DNA of 54,565 nucleotides from the IMG/VR virus record IMGVR_UViG_3300001844_000164, positions 1 to 54,565 of that record; one strand, written 5' to 3'. Source of the DNA: a virus (lineage: Duplodnaviria; Caudoviricetes). The position numbers were made by a program, and so were the translations under genes. Position 1 is the first letter of the stretch; every line of letters starts with the position of its first letter. A model generated the notes under the pieces. That model was not told the DNA's origin. It worked only from the letters and a program-made list of their open reading frames with translations, and did no database searches. This document shows, in pieces, positions 26,996 through 36,618 of the stretch.

Positions 26996-29900
26996 CCCTC
27001 GGAGACCCGATCACCCAGGACCCCAAGAAGAACTCCGGCCCGTCACTCGGGGCTCCCGTTTCCCTGGGAGCCCCGGTCGACCCTCTTGCCGAGGACACGC
27101 CGATCGAGGTTTTTGAGCAATGGGAGAAGTCGCTCCCGCAGCCCGGGCTGGCGGCTCAAGCCGGCGAAGTTGCCGCGCACTTCGGCGAGGGCCTCTACGA
27201 GGCGACCAAAACCGTCGCCGGACTGGGACTGAAGAATCTCCGCACCCTCGTAGACCCGACGCAGACGGTCGACGACAAGATGCAGACCTACAAGGAGACC
27301 GCGGCCACCGGCGCCGAGATCGCGGCGAATGCCTACAAGGGTTTCGCCGGCATGGGGTCGTACCTGGCTTCCGCCGGCCCCCAGGTGCGGAATGCGAGCA
27401 TGGACCTGCTGTCCACCGACGCGAATGAGCGCGCCGACGCACGCACCACCGCGGCCAAGGCCAGGCGCACGCACATGCGGAACATGCGCGACCTCTCGGC
27501 CTCGTCGAACGACGGCCGCGTGATGGCTGACGCGCTGTTCAACGCCATCGCCGAGTCTGCGACCAACGCCGGCATCGCCGGGTTCGACTCCAAGTCCAAT
27601 TCGATGACCGACACCAAGGTCAACGAGAAGGGCGCTGAATTCCTTTCCAACTTCGTCGATCCGGACATGGGCGCATACATCGTCCGGAAGGTCGCCAAGT
27701 GGGCCGGGAAGGACGTCGTCCGGAGCGAGGCTGCACGCCAGGCTGTCACCGATTTCCCGTACACCGGGAGATTCGCCGAGGCCCAGCGCGCCGTTGCCGA
27801 GGCGTCGAACAAGGTCGCCGAGAGTGAGTATTCGATGGAAGCCACCCGCGCCGCGGGCGGCGTGGTGCCCCAGGACATGGCCCTCACCCATGAGCGCCTG
27901 GTTAAGGAACAGGCTCAAGCCACGGTTCACTTCCAGAAGACCGTCGACGAGATGCGGAGGCAGCAGATGGAGCTGGGGCTCGAGAGCGAGCTCGGCAAGT
28001 CGACCGCCCAGGTCGCCACCGGCCGCGTGGTCGAGGGCGCCGGCAAGCTAGCCCAGAAGGGCGCCGATTTCGTCGGCAAGGTCGACGACGCGATCGACCG
28101 GATGCTGTCCCGGGCAACGGACGGAAGCGCCGCGGCCAGGCGGATGGCTGACCAGCAGGTCAAGAACGTGGTGCCTGGCATCGGCGCGCTGCCGGTCACC
28201 GAGAGCACTCTCCGCGGCACCGGGCAGTTCCTGGAGGAAGCCGGCCGCCTCATGGCGGAGCGCGAGTCCTCGCTGCCGTACTTCCAGAGCCTCAAGCGCG
28301 CCCTCCCGGAGGGCAGCGTAGGCCGCCGGGCGGCCGGAATGGCGGAGAATCTCGAGTTCCTGGCGAACACCGGGCGTTGGGCCTTCGACACCGCCGCAGA
28401 CGCCGGCAAAGGCGCCGCAATCGGCGCCGGATTCGGCGTCCTGGCCGGCGATACCTCCGGCGGAGCGATGCAGGGCGCACTCTTCGGCATGGTCGGCTCG
28501 CAGTACGGTCAATGGGCGAAGATGAACAGCCCGGAGCAGGTCTACCTTCAGCAGCGCGTCGACATCGAGAAGGCAAGCCAGCGGCGCGACGGCATGCCCA
28601 ACAACCAGAAGACCGAGTACGATGGGCTGTCCAACTACCAAAAGCTCCTGGTCGCGACCTTCGAGCAAGCGCACCCCGACCTCTCGATCAATTTCGTCCG
28701 CGAGAAAGGCCAAGGCGCCGCCGGCTGGTACGACTACAACGGCAAGGTCGGATCAGTCACGGTCGACTTGGACCACCCCACCCCGTTCACCGGGCTGCTC
28801 CAGCATGAGGTCAAGCACCACCTGGCGCTCAACCCCGAGGTTGCCCAGTCGGTCCGGACTCAACTCATCGGCGACCCGGATTCCGGGGTCCCTGGAGTGT
28901 TCGTCGAGCGGGACGCGGCCGGACGACCGATCGTCCGCGAGATCCCGGACGCCCAGGTGCCCGGGCTCGTCCGCCGCGAGTTCGCGCTGAACCAGGACTT
29001 CTACGCCCGCCGCGAGGAGTACCTTTCCCGTCTGCGGGACGCCGGCAAGCCGACGATCGACTACGAGCGCAGCAACGCCCGAATCGCCGAGGAGATCTGG
29101 GCCGAGCTCACCGCGGTCAACCTCATGCACCGCCAAGCGAACGGCCGATTCGACATCCTGGCTGAACAGGCGATGGGCCCGGTGCAGCGCCGGCTGGCCG
29201 ACATGTTCGCCAACAGCGACCTGGTCGCCAACTCGAGCTTCATCCAGAAGGCTCTGGGCAAGTTTGGCGTCGTCTTCGACGGGTTCACCGGCCGTGCGGC
29301 CAACACCGGGCTGTTCTCCGAGCAGCCGGACGTCCCGGGCATCCGGAACATGGTCGAGCAGTACTACCGGAAGAGCGACGACAAGCGTGCCGCCGATTCT
29401 GACCCGGAGACGCGCGACGTGCGGATGTACACCGAGGCGGAAATCCTCAAGTCGCCGGAGCTGATGGACATGTTCTCCGCCGGCCACGACGTCGTGCGCG
29501 ACCCGGTGAGCGGCAAGCTGCGTTTCACCTCCGAAAAGGAGGCGAAGGCCCGCGCCGAGGATTTCGTCAAGACCCTCACCCAGGAGCTCGACAGTTACGC
29601 CGGCAACGAAGCCGGGGTCGTCCGCCGCATGGAGACGGCCGACGAAAAGGGCCGCAAGCAGCTCGTCTGGATGGGCACCAGGATTCCGGAGGGAGTGATC
29701 GCGAAGATGGAGCAGAGCGGCAGGTTCAACGCCGTCCAGCTCCAGAACCTCCGCGTCCTTTCCGATATCCTCGGCGGCGGCCTCGGCAACGAGGTCAACA
29801 TGAAGTACCAGCCGGCGATGAAGCGCGGCGGCGCTCTCTACCGCAGCCGCCCGATCACCGACCGCACCGAGACGCCCATGACGATCCGGGTAACCCTGGA

Positions 29901-32900
29901 CGGCAACGTGGCGATCAACACGGTCAGCCAGGAGAAGTTGATCCGAAACGCCGTCAACGCGATCAAGCAGGGCCGCGCCGACCTCTTCGGAAACGATTTC
30001 CAGACGCTTTGGAAGGACATCAACACCTACCTGTCGAACCACGCCAACGGGCTTGCCGGCGACGCCAACGGCCTGGGCGTGGAAAAGAAGGACTTCATCA
30101 ACTCGCTCTTCGGGCAGCTCACGCTTCAGCAGCGTGACTTCAACCCGTTCCTCCAGGAGCTGTCGGTCAAACAGGCGCGCAACCTGGGCATCGTCCAGAC
30201 CCGCCGCCTCGACCGGATCAACCAGCTCCACACCCTGTCGACCACGTTCAAGCCGGACTACACCAAGGTCGCGCGCAATTACGCCCCCGGGTTTGGCGGG
30301 CGGCTCCGCGAGCAGGACTTGATCGAGGACCCGACGCGCTACTTCAAAAACTCGGACGGAACGCCGCGTCCGTTGTATCGCGGGCACTCCCACTCCGACC
30401 CGTTCCTAGCAAAGTCTGACAATACCGTCCCAACCTTCACGGACTCGAAGGACATCGCGGCAGTTTACGCCGGCGAACAAGCCGGAGCCAGAGTCGGCCG
30501 CTACACCGTCGACGTGCAGCGCCCGCTGAAGATCGGCAACCTGTTTGAGGACGTCGTCGAGTACCGCGACCTGGAGCAAGCCATCACAAAGTCCGGTGCC
30601 GTAAGCCCCGAGGAATTTCGCTCCTGGGCCGAGGAATTCGGCGCTCTGTGGCGGAACGAGGGAGACGAAAACACGCTGCGTGGTTGGGAGAAGGAAAACA
30701 TCGGCCTGGACGACATTTACACCTCGACGTGGTACGTCGCCGACAACGCAAAGTTCAAGGAATTGGCCGAGCGTGCCGGGTATGACGGATACGTCTACCG
30801 CGGGTCATTCACCTCGGAAGACAAGTTCCTGCGGGATTCAAAGAAGGTGGAGCAAGAGAGCAGCTACAACTACAGGACGCTGTCCTCGCTAGAGGCCAGG
30901 CCGCTCCGGCCGGAGCAGGTAAAACCGGCTCCGGTTGGTGAAGGTGAGAAGTTTTCACCTGGCGCCAGGCAACTTGGAGAGAACGCCGACTTCACCGCGA
31001 TCCCGACCGACGAGGAGCTGCGCGCCGCGATGCAGAAGGCGCACGGCGACAAGCCTGGGAGCAGGGCGGAAAAAATCGGCGGCGCCCGCGGTCTTGAGGC
31101 CGGCTACCCGGTCGACGTCCGCATCGACATTCCGACCTTCAACAAGTCGGGCGAGTACGCAGTCACGGTCCATGAGCGCGGAATCGGAACCGTCATCGGA
31201 TACGACAGCATGGTCGCAATCGACAACCCGACGTTCAAATCGAACGAGGCGGCGGCGGAGCGAATCCGCGATGGCAAGAGCAACAAGACCCCGATTGCTG
31301 TGGTGCGCGGCGACTTCAACCCGAGCCGCGACATCCCCAAGGACATCAACAAGTGGACCGCCGTCGGCTTCGACCCGGTCGACCACTCGTACTTCTACGA
31401 CAAGCGCACCGACGAGCCGGTGATCTCCGGCAAGAAGGCGATCAGCGTCGGCAACACCGTCTTCGTCAAGAACCCCGTCTACGGCAAGAAGTCTGGCGTC
31501 CGCTACTCTCCGGGAGCTAGTGCGCGGGATGCCGCCGAGGCGGCTGACTTTTCGACGCGCGAGAAGTACTACCACATCAGCGGAAAAAGCCTGGGTGCTT
31601 TGGACGACAAACGGGTGCTGTACATCACCCCTGACCCCAACTTCACGGGAATCAGCAGCGATAATCCCGCAAAAACATCCGACGAGCTGTGGTTGAAACG
31701 CGGCGCCAAAATTTTCGACGCACACCGCGACGCGGACAAACTAGACTTGCCCGCCAACCATAAGGCTCACAACGCCCAGTTGAAAGCCGCGTATGCCAAG
31801 GTCGAAGACCTAGGAATTGACGAGGTGTGGAAGAAAGACAGGGCCGCTTACGATACTTGGTACGCGGGAGACTACGCTTGGATCGAGGACCACATCGACG
31901 AGATCAGGGCGCTTGGGTACGACGCTTTCATCACCAGGGAAAACGGCACGAACAACCTTGGCATCCTCAACCCGGAAATTGTGAAGTCGGCAAACCCGAT
32001 TACGCGGGGGGACGACGGCAAGGAGATCCCGCTATCGGAGCGGTTTGGGCGGAGGCACGATGTCCGCTACTCCCCTGGCTCCGAAAAAGATCCAACGACG
32101 GGCCTTTATTCTCCCCTGGAGCAGACGCTGGCTGCGATCCCCGCAAAGGCCACGCGCCAGCAGATTGAAGCGGCGCTGCGCGATGGCGTGAAGGAAAAGG
32201 GTCAGCTCGTCGCCCGCCCGGCGAAAAAGGAAGAGATGGACGACGTCCGCGACGCGACCGGCCGCACGTTCACCGAATTCCTCAAGGATAACCCCCAGGC
32301 CACTCGCGAGCAGATGCTCGACTTCGTCCGGGAGAATCGCGTCAAGGTGACTCCGAACACCGGAGGAACGCCCGTTCACAAAGTGACTTTCGACGGGGAA
32401 GAGGGCGATTTCGCGCGAGAATACGGCACCAGGGCTGAAGCCTTTGCTGCGATCGAGGACGAGGTCCAGCGGCGTGCGGACGAGATCGTCCTAGACAAGG
32501 TCGCCGGCAAGATCGAGGACGATAGGACCGGGGAATGGCTCTACATCGACCACCAGGAAGGTTCTGACTTGTGGGAGGTCAAGATTGGCAGCGGCGTAAA
32601 CTCGGCAAGTAATCCCGCGTACACGGCTGCGGACATTCGGTACTATTCTTTCGATGAGGCGCTGATGGGCCTGGCCGAATACAAAAACAGGATTGTGCGC
32701 GAAGAGAGGCAGCGGTACGACGTCTCGACAGAAGGAGAAGAGGGTCGGTTCGCGCAGTACACGCTGCCGGGCGGTACTGATTACCGCGAGCACGTCCTGA
32801 CGTTCCCCGAACAGGGCGAGCGCATCAGCGGGCGAACCAAGTTCAAGGACCAGACCTCGGTCGATGAGTTCCTGACTGACATCTCGGCCTCCGGTCTCGA

Positions 32901-35898
32901 AGGCGCCGACTATGCGCGGGTCGACGACGGTCTTGTCGTCGACTTCAACAACCTATCGACGGATCAGTTCCGGGCGTTCCTCGACAACGCTGCCAGCCAC
33001 AACGGGAGGACGGATATCACTCGCAAGAGCGCGGGACGGACTTTCAGTTCCAGCCATTTCCCGCACGACACGGGATACCTGGCCCACATCCGGACCACCA
33101 GGCGCACTTCAAGAAGCGGAGCAGACGCTCCCGTAAAGCAGGTGTACATGGTCGAGGAAATCCAGAGCGACCTCCACCAGCAGGGCCGCGAGAAGGGTTA
33201 CTACGGGAAGGACTTGAGTCAGAAAGATAACGACCTGGCCAACGAGGTCGTGAGGCTTCAGCAGCGTTCGTTCGCCGCCGAACGGGAATTCCAAAGAGAG
33301 ATCATCAGACACAAACAGGAGCTAGAAAAGACCACACGCGAGCTTACCAAAGCCGCTTCGGAAAGTCCTCTTTTGACGTCTGTGCTCTCGTCGCAATCCA
33401 TTGACCGACTTACCTATCACACCAATTCGCGCTTTGTAATCAACTTTGTCGACACGCTAATTGAAAAAGGCGTTGAACAGAAACTCTTCGCAGCGGACGA
33501 CGCACGACTTGGGAAAATTTTAGAGATTAGAAGCAAGCTGTCCGAGCAAAGAAAACAGCGCGAACAACTCATCGAATCCAAGGATGCCTTCGATGAGGAG
33601 ATGCGGACAGCAATGAGGGATGCGAACAAGGCTCGCCATTCCTTCCAGGAAGAAAACAGCGGACTCATCGCCGACGCCCCGTTCAAGAAGACCTGGCATG
33701 AACTAGCGTTCAAATACGCGCTCAACGAGGCGGTCCACAACGGCGCCGACTACATGGCCTGGACCACCGGCCGGCAACAGGCTGACAGGTACAATCAGTC
33801 GAGCGTGGTGAACCAAATCAATTGGGAGAACAAAGCCGACACCGGGAAAATCGTGCGGATCTCAACTAACCACGATCGGATGGAAATCGTGTTCAACGTC
33901 GATGAAAAGGGTGTGGTCTCCGCGATTCAGGAACAATTCGACGGAAGACGCCTGTCCGAGGTCGTAGGAAACGAAGTCGCCGCCAAGATTCTGGGAGCTA
34001 CTGACGGCACGTTGTCCGGAGACGGACTGAACATCGGCGGCGAAGGCATGGTCGGGTTCTATGACCGCATGATCCCGCAGTTCGCGGACCGCTATTTGAA
34101 GAAGTACGGCGTCCAGACCGAAACGATCGGGATAGGCACAGACCGTCCCGATTCAAACGTGAAAGTCCACGCCGTCGCGATCACGCCCAAGCTCCGCGAG
34201 GACATCCTGGCCTTCGGCCAGCCCATGTACGCCCCGGGGAGCAAGAAGAACTCCCGCCCGATCACCGACGTCGCCGATCAGACGTTTGAAGTGAAGGCCA
34301 AGGGCAAGGCGCCAATGATGATGTCCATCCGCGATCGGTATCAGGACCAGATGGTCCACGCCGAGGCGATGCCGCTCGAGTTCGAGGTGGACAGCAAGGG
34401 GAAGGTCAAACTCCGGAAAAATGGGCCCAAGATCATCACGCGCGACTACGACTTCTTCGACTCTCCCGTCGTCGAAGCGTTGAAAATCAACCAGGACGTG
34501 CTCGACGACCTTCGGACAAAGCTCAACGTCGCCACGCTGGGCGAAATCAAGAACGGCTACCTGGATTCCGAGCTCACCGTCGCCGAGAAGGACGCGATGA
34601 AGAAGATGGTGAACGCCTACTCCGACCGGGCGATCGCCGACTTCAAGCGGTACGCCGACGATCCGGAGGTCAAGGCGGCGGCCGGCTGGTACTCCGACAT
34701 CGCCGAGTTCTTCAAGGGCCTCATTCCGGACCAGACCGACCGCACCAAGTTCCTCGAGTTCCTGGGCGGAACCTCGCCGAACACTTCCGTCGAGCAGAAC
34801 TTCCTCTACGCGCTCGACCTCTACAACCGCTGGAAGCAGGGTGACCTAGACTCGCTGCACCAGGCTTACCGCAAGGTGCTCAACGAGTTCGAGCCTATGG
34901 TTTCCGAGTTCGCGGAACGCAAGCCGGTCATGCTGAAGAACGGCAAGCAGAGCATGAAGCTCGGCCAGCCGGTTTTCGAGTGGAGCTTCAAGCCGGGAGG
35001 CGAGGACGCATTCCGCAAGGCGTACTACGACGCGCTGGTGGCCGACGGGTTCCCAAAGTCGGAAGCTCGCGCAGAGTCTACGGATGACTTCAGCGAGGCG
35101 ATGTTCTGGACCTACCTCCACCTGAAGAACGGCGTGCAGCTCGAGCGCGCCGGCGAGGGCGGCGGGAAGTACGGCGTGCATACGGACCGCATCCTCCAGA
35201 TCCTCGACAACTCCTGGCGCAGCACGACCGACGCCCCCAAGGCTCCAAACTTCACCGAGAACCTCGCGGGATTGTCCACCCGGGCGACGATCGACGTGTG
35301 GGCCGCCCGCTGGCTTCGCCGGCTGGGTCACGACGGATTGAGTCAGAAGTGGCGCCTCCTGCCCATGTCTGAAAAAGGCGTGGCAAACTTCGACTTCTTC
35401 CTCGGCCAGGAAATCTTCGCCGAGACCACCCGCCGCATCAACGACCAGTTTTCCGAGCAGCTCGGCCGCAAGATCGGCGCCGACGACCTCCAGGCGATCA
35501 TGTGGTTTGCCGAAAAGCGCGAATGGCGTAACCGCGGCTGGGCGCAGATCGAGGACCTCGGCGACTTCCGCCAGTACTCCTACAAGATGCAGCCGCAGAA
35601 CGACGGCACATTCCTGCTCAAGGACGTCGTGCTCAACTCGACCTCAATCGACTTCCTCAAGAGCTTGAGCGGCGTCCAGGTCGAGGGCGCCAAGCTCATG
35701 TCGCTCGACAACAAGGCGGCCAAAAAGATCGGCAAGTTGCAGGAGAAGCTCGCCGAGATCTCTGAAAACCTGGCGCAAATTCCGGAGAAAGAGCGCGGGA
35801 AAAAGTGGGTCAAACAGTACTCCGACACGGCCAAAAAGGTGTTGGCATTGAACGCGGGGCGTGAGAAAAAGTACTCAACCTCCGATTACCGTGAATAG
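26992..35898 (+). CDS. Giant ejection / large polyvalent protein (2968 aa): Gly-rich membrane segment, HExxH peptidase, two ART-like domains, EEIQSD domain, HhH-glycosylase-like domain
   Basis: QHEVKHH...EEIWAE; LYRGH...TFTDS...GYDGYVY; YYHIS...LYITPD...GYDAF...DDGKEIPLSERF..DVRYS; LAHIR...EEIQSD...GFYD; GWY...TSP...PK..NF..NL.G...TIDVW...LQAIMW. Confidence 0.85.
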   Translation: MTLGDPITQDPKKNSGPSLGAPVSLGAPVDPLAEDTPIEVFEQWEKSLPQPGLAAQAGEVAAHFGEGLYEATKTVAGLGLKNLRTLVDPTQTVDDKMQTYKETAATGAEIAANAYKGFAGMGSYLASAGPQVRNASMDLLSTDANERADARTTAAKARRTHMRNMRDLSASSNDGRVMADALFNAIAESATNAGIAGFDSKSNSMTDTKVNEKGAEFLSNFVDPDMGAYIVRKVAKWAGKDVVRSEAARQAVTDFPYTGRFAEAQRAVAEASNKVAESEYSMEATRAAGGVVPQDMALTHERLVKEQAQATVHFQKTVDEMRRQQMELGLESELGKSTAQVATGRVVEGAGKLAQKGADFVGKVDDAIDRMLSRATDGSAAARRMADQQVKNVVPGIGALPVTESTLRGTGQFLEEAGRLMAERESSLPYFQSLKRALPEGSVGRRAAGMAENLEFLANTGRWAFDTAADAGKGAAIGAGFGVLAGDTSGGAMQGALFGMVGSQYGQWAKMNSPEQVYLQQRVDIEKASQRRDGMPNNQKTEYDGLSNYQKLLVATFEQAHPDLSINFVREKGQGAAGWYDYNGKVGSVTVDLDHPTPFTGLLQHEVKHHLALNPEVAQSVRTQLIGDPDSGVPGVFVERDAAGRPIVREIPDAQVPGLVRREFALNQDFYARREEYLSRLRDAGKPTIDYERSNARIAEEIWAELTAVNLMHRQANGRFDILAEQAMGPVQRRLADMFANSDLVANSSFIQKALGKFGVVFDGFTGRAANTGLFSEQPDVPGIRNMVEQYYRKSDDKRAADSDPETRDVRMYTEAEILKSPELMDMFSAGHDVVRDPVSGKLRFTSEKEAKARAEDFVKTLTQELDSYAGNEAGVVRRMETADEKGRKQLVWMGTRIPEGVIAKMEQSGRFNAVQLQNLRVLSDILGGGLGNEVNMKYQPAMKRGGALYRSRPITDRTETPMTIRVTLDGNVAINTVSQEKLIRNAVNAIKQGRADLFGNDFQTLWKDINTYLSNHANGLAGDANGLGVEKKDFINSLFGQLTLQQRDFNPFLQELSVKQARNLGIVQTRRLDRINQLHTLSTTFKPDYTKVARNYAPGFGGRLREQDLIEDPTRYFKNSDGTPRPLYRGHSHSDPFLAKSDNTVPTFTDSKDIAAVYAGEQAGARVGRYTVDVQRPLKIGNLFEDVVEYRDLEQAITKSGAVSPEEFRSWAEEFGALWRNEGDENTLRGWEKENIGLDDIYTSTWYVADNAKFKELAERAGYDGYVYRGSFTSEDKFLRDSKKVEQESSYNYRTLSSLEARPLRPEQVKPAPVGEGEKFSPGARQLGENADFTAIPTDEELRAAMQKAHGDKPGSRAEKIGGARGLEAGYPVDVRIDIPTFNKSGEYAVTVHERGIGTVIGYDSMVAIDNPTFKSNEAAAERIRDGKSNKTPIAVVRGDFNPSRDIPKDINKWTAVGFDPVDHSYFYDKRTDEPVISGKKAISVGNTVFVKNPVYGKKSGVRYSPGASARDAAEAADFSTREKYYHISGKSLGALDDKRVLYITPDPNFTGISSDNPAKTSDELWLKRGAKIFDAHRDADKLDLPANHKAHNAQLKAAYAKVEDLGIDEVWKKDRAAYDTWYAGDYAWIEDHIDEIRALGYDAFITRENGTNNLGILNPEIVKSANPITRGDDGKEIPLSERFGRRHDVRYSPGSEKDPTTGLYSPLEQTLAAIPAKATRQQIEAALRDGVKEKGQLVARPAKKEEMDDVRDATGRTFTEFLKDNPQATREQMLDFVRENRVKVTPNTGGTPVHKVTFDGEEGDFAREYGTRAEAFAAIEDEVQRRADEIVLDKVAGKIEDDRTGEWLYIDHQEGSDLWEVKIGSGVNSASNPAYTAADIRYYSFDEALMGLAEYKNRIVREERQRYDVSTEGEEGRFAQYTLPGGTDYREHVLTFPEQGERISGRTKFKDQTSVDEFLTDISASGLEGADYARVDDGLVVDFNNLSTDQFRAFLDNAASHNGRTDITRKSAGRTFSSSHFPHDTGYLAHIRTTRRTSRSGADAPVKQVYMVEEIQSDLHQQGREKGYYGKDLSQKDNDLANEVVRLQQRSFAAEREFQREIIRHKQELEKTTRELTKAASESPLLTSVLSSQSIDRLTYHTNSRFVINFVDTLIEKGVEQKLFAADDARLGKILEIRSKLSEQRKQREQLIESKDAFDEEMRTAMRDANKARHSFQEENSGLIADAPFKKTWHELAFKYALNEAVHNGADYMAWTTGRQQADRYNQSSVVNQINWENKADTGKIVRISTNHDRMEIVFNVDEKGVVSAIQEQFDGRRLSEVVGNEVAAKILGATDGTLSGDGLNIGGEGMVGFYDRMIPQFADRYLKKYGVQTETIGIGTDRPDSNVKVHAVAITPKLREDILAFGQPMYAPGSKKNSRPITDVADQTFEVKAKGKAPMMMSIRDRYQDQMVHAEAMPLEFEVDSKGKVKLRKNGPKIITRDYDFFDSPVVEALKINQDVLDDLRTKLNVATLGEIKNGYLDSELTVAEKDAMKKMVNAYSDRAIADFKRYADDPEVKAAAGWYSDIAEFFKGLIPDQTDRTKFLEFLGGTSPNTSVEQNFLYALDLYNRWKQGDLDSLHQAYRKVLNEFEPMVSEFAERKPVMLKNGKQSMKLGQPVFEWSFKPGGEDAFRKAYYDALVADGFPKSEARAESTDDFSEAMFWTYLHLKNGVQLERAGEGGGKYGVHTDRILQILDNSWRSTTDAPKAPNFTENLAGLSTRATIDVWAARWLRRLGHDGLSQKWRLLPMSEKGVANFDFFLGQEIFAETTRRINDQFSEQLGRKIGADDLQAIMWFAEKREWRNRGWAQIEDLGDFRQYSYKMQPQNDGTFLLKDVVLNSTSIDFLKSLSGVQVEGAKLMSLDNKAAKKIGKLQEKLAEISENLAQIPEKERGKKWVKQYSDTAKKVLALNAGREKKYSTSDYRE

Positions 35899-36145
35899 TC
35901 CCGATCCTCGCCTCGAAAAGCTGGTCTCCGGCGCCCAGCGGCACGTCGCCGACCCAGGCTACGAATCAGCCAGGTCGCAGCGTGCGCTGCGGGCCCTGGG
36001 CGACTACGAGCGGAAGAAGGCGGCGGTCCTGACCAAGTACCAGGACAAGCCGGCTTCCACGCCGGCCGCCGCGCCCAAAAAGCGCAAGGTCCGGGTCGTC
36101 CGGGACGACAGCGGCGCCATCACCGGGTTCGAGGCTGCGGACTAA
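35891..36145 (+). CDS. Hypothetical protein
   Basis: GTG start overlapping the giant gene end; basic C-terminal KVRVVRDDSGAITG hairpin motif. Confidence 0.6.
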   Translation: MNSPDPRLEKLVSGAQRHVADPGYESARSQRALRALGDYERKKAAVLTKYQDKPASTPAAAPKKRKVRVVRDDSGAITGFEAAD

Positions 36146-36151
36146 CCCGAT

Positions 36152-36186
36152 ACCCCCTTGCGCGGGGGTCCTGGAATTCGTAGGCT
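36152..36186 (+). promoter_or_regulatory. Putative late promoter ACCCCC-TTGCGC-N17-TAGGCT
   Basis: Same motif, with a good -10 hexamer 9 nt before ATG36196. Confidence 0.65.
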
Positions 36187-36195
36187 GCCCGCACT

Positions 36196-36615
36196 ATGGC
36201 GATCACCTCCGCGTTCTGCACTTCGGCGAAGTCCGAGTTTCTCCAGGGCACTCACACGTCGGCCGACACCTACAAGATCGCGCTGTACACCAGCGCCGCG
36301 GCCCTGGACGCGACGACCACCGCCTACGCCGCGACGAACGAAGTGAGCGGCACGAACTACTCGGCCGGCGGCACCACGCTGACCGGGTTCACGGTCACGA
36401 CTTCCGGCACGACCGCGATCCTCGACTTCACGACTGACCCCTCCTGGCCGAACTCGACGATCACCGCCCGCGGCGCGCTGATTTACAACTCGACCAAGAG
36501 CAACAAGGCGATCGCGGTGTACGATTTCGGTGCGGACAAGACCTCGTCGAACGGCACGTTCACGGTCCAATTCCCGACCCCCGACGCCGCCAACGGCCTC
36601 CTCCGCATCGCCTAA
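36196..36615 (+). CDS. Small beta-rich virion protein (ALYTSA...EVSGTNY family), distant paralogue of 902-1297
   Basis: MAITSAFCTSAKSEFL...KIALYTSAA...EVSGTNYSAGG...ITARGALIYN...DFGADKTS, a widespread phage structural family. Confidence 0.8.
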   Translation: MAITSAFCTSAKSEFLQGTHTSADTYKIALYTSAAALDATTTAYAATNEVSGTNYSAGGTTLTGFTVTTSGTTAILDFTTDPSWPNSTITARGALIYNSTKSNKAIAVYDFGADKTSSNGTFTVQFPTPDAANGLLRIA

Positions 36616-36618
36616 AAG

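Noticed and set aside
15533-30393. Long antisense ORFs (e.g. 15533-16927, 17024-18439, 22589-23968, 28753-30393)
   Set aside because: They mirror well-supported plus-strand genes, a typical high-GC artefact
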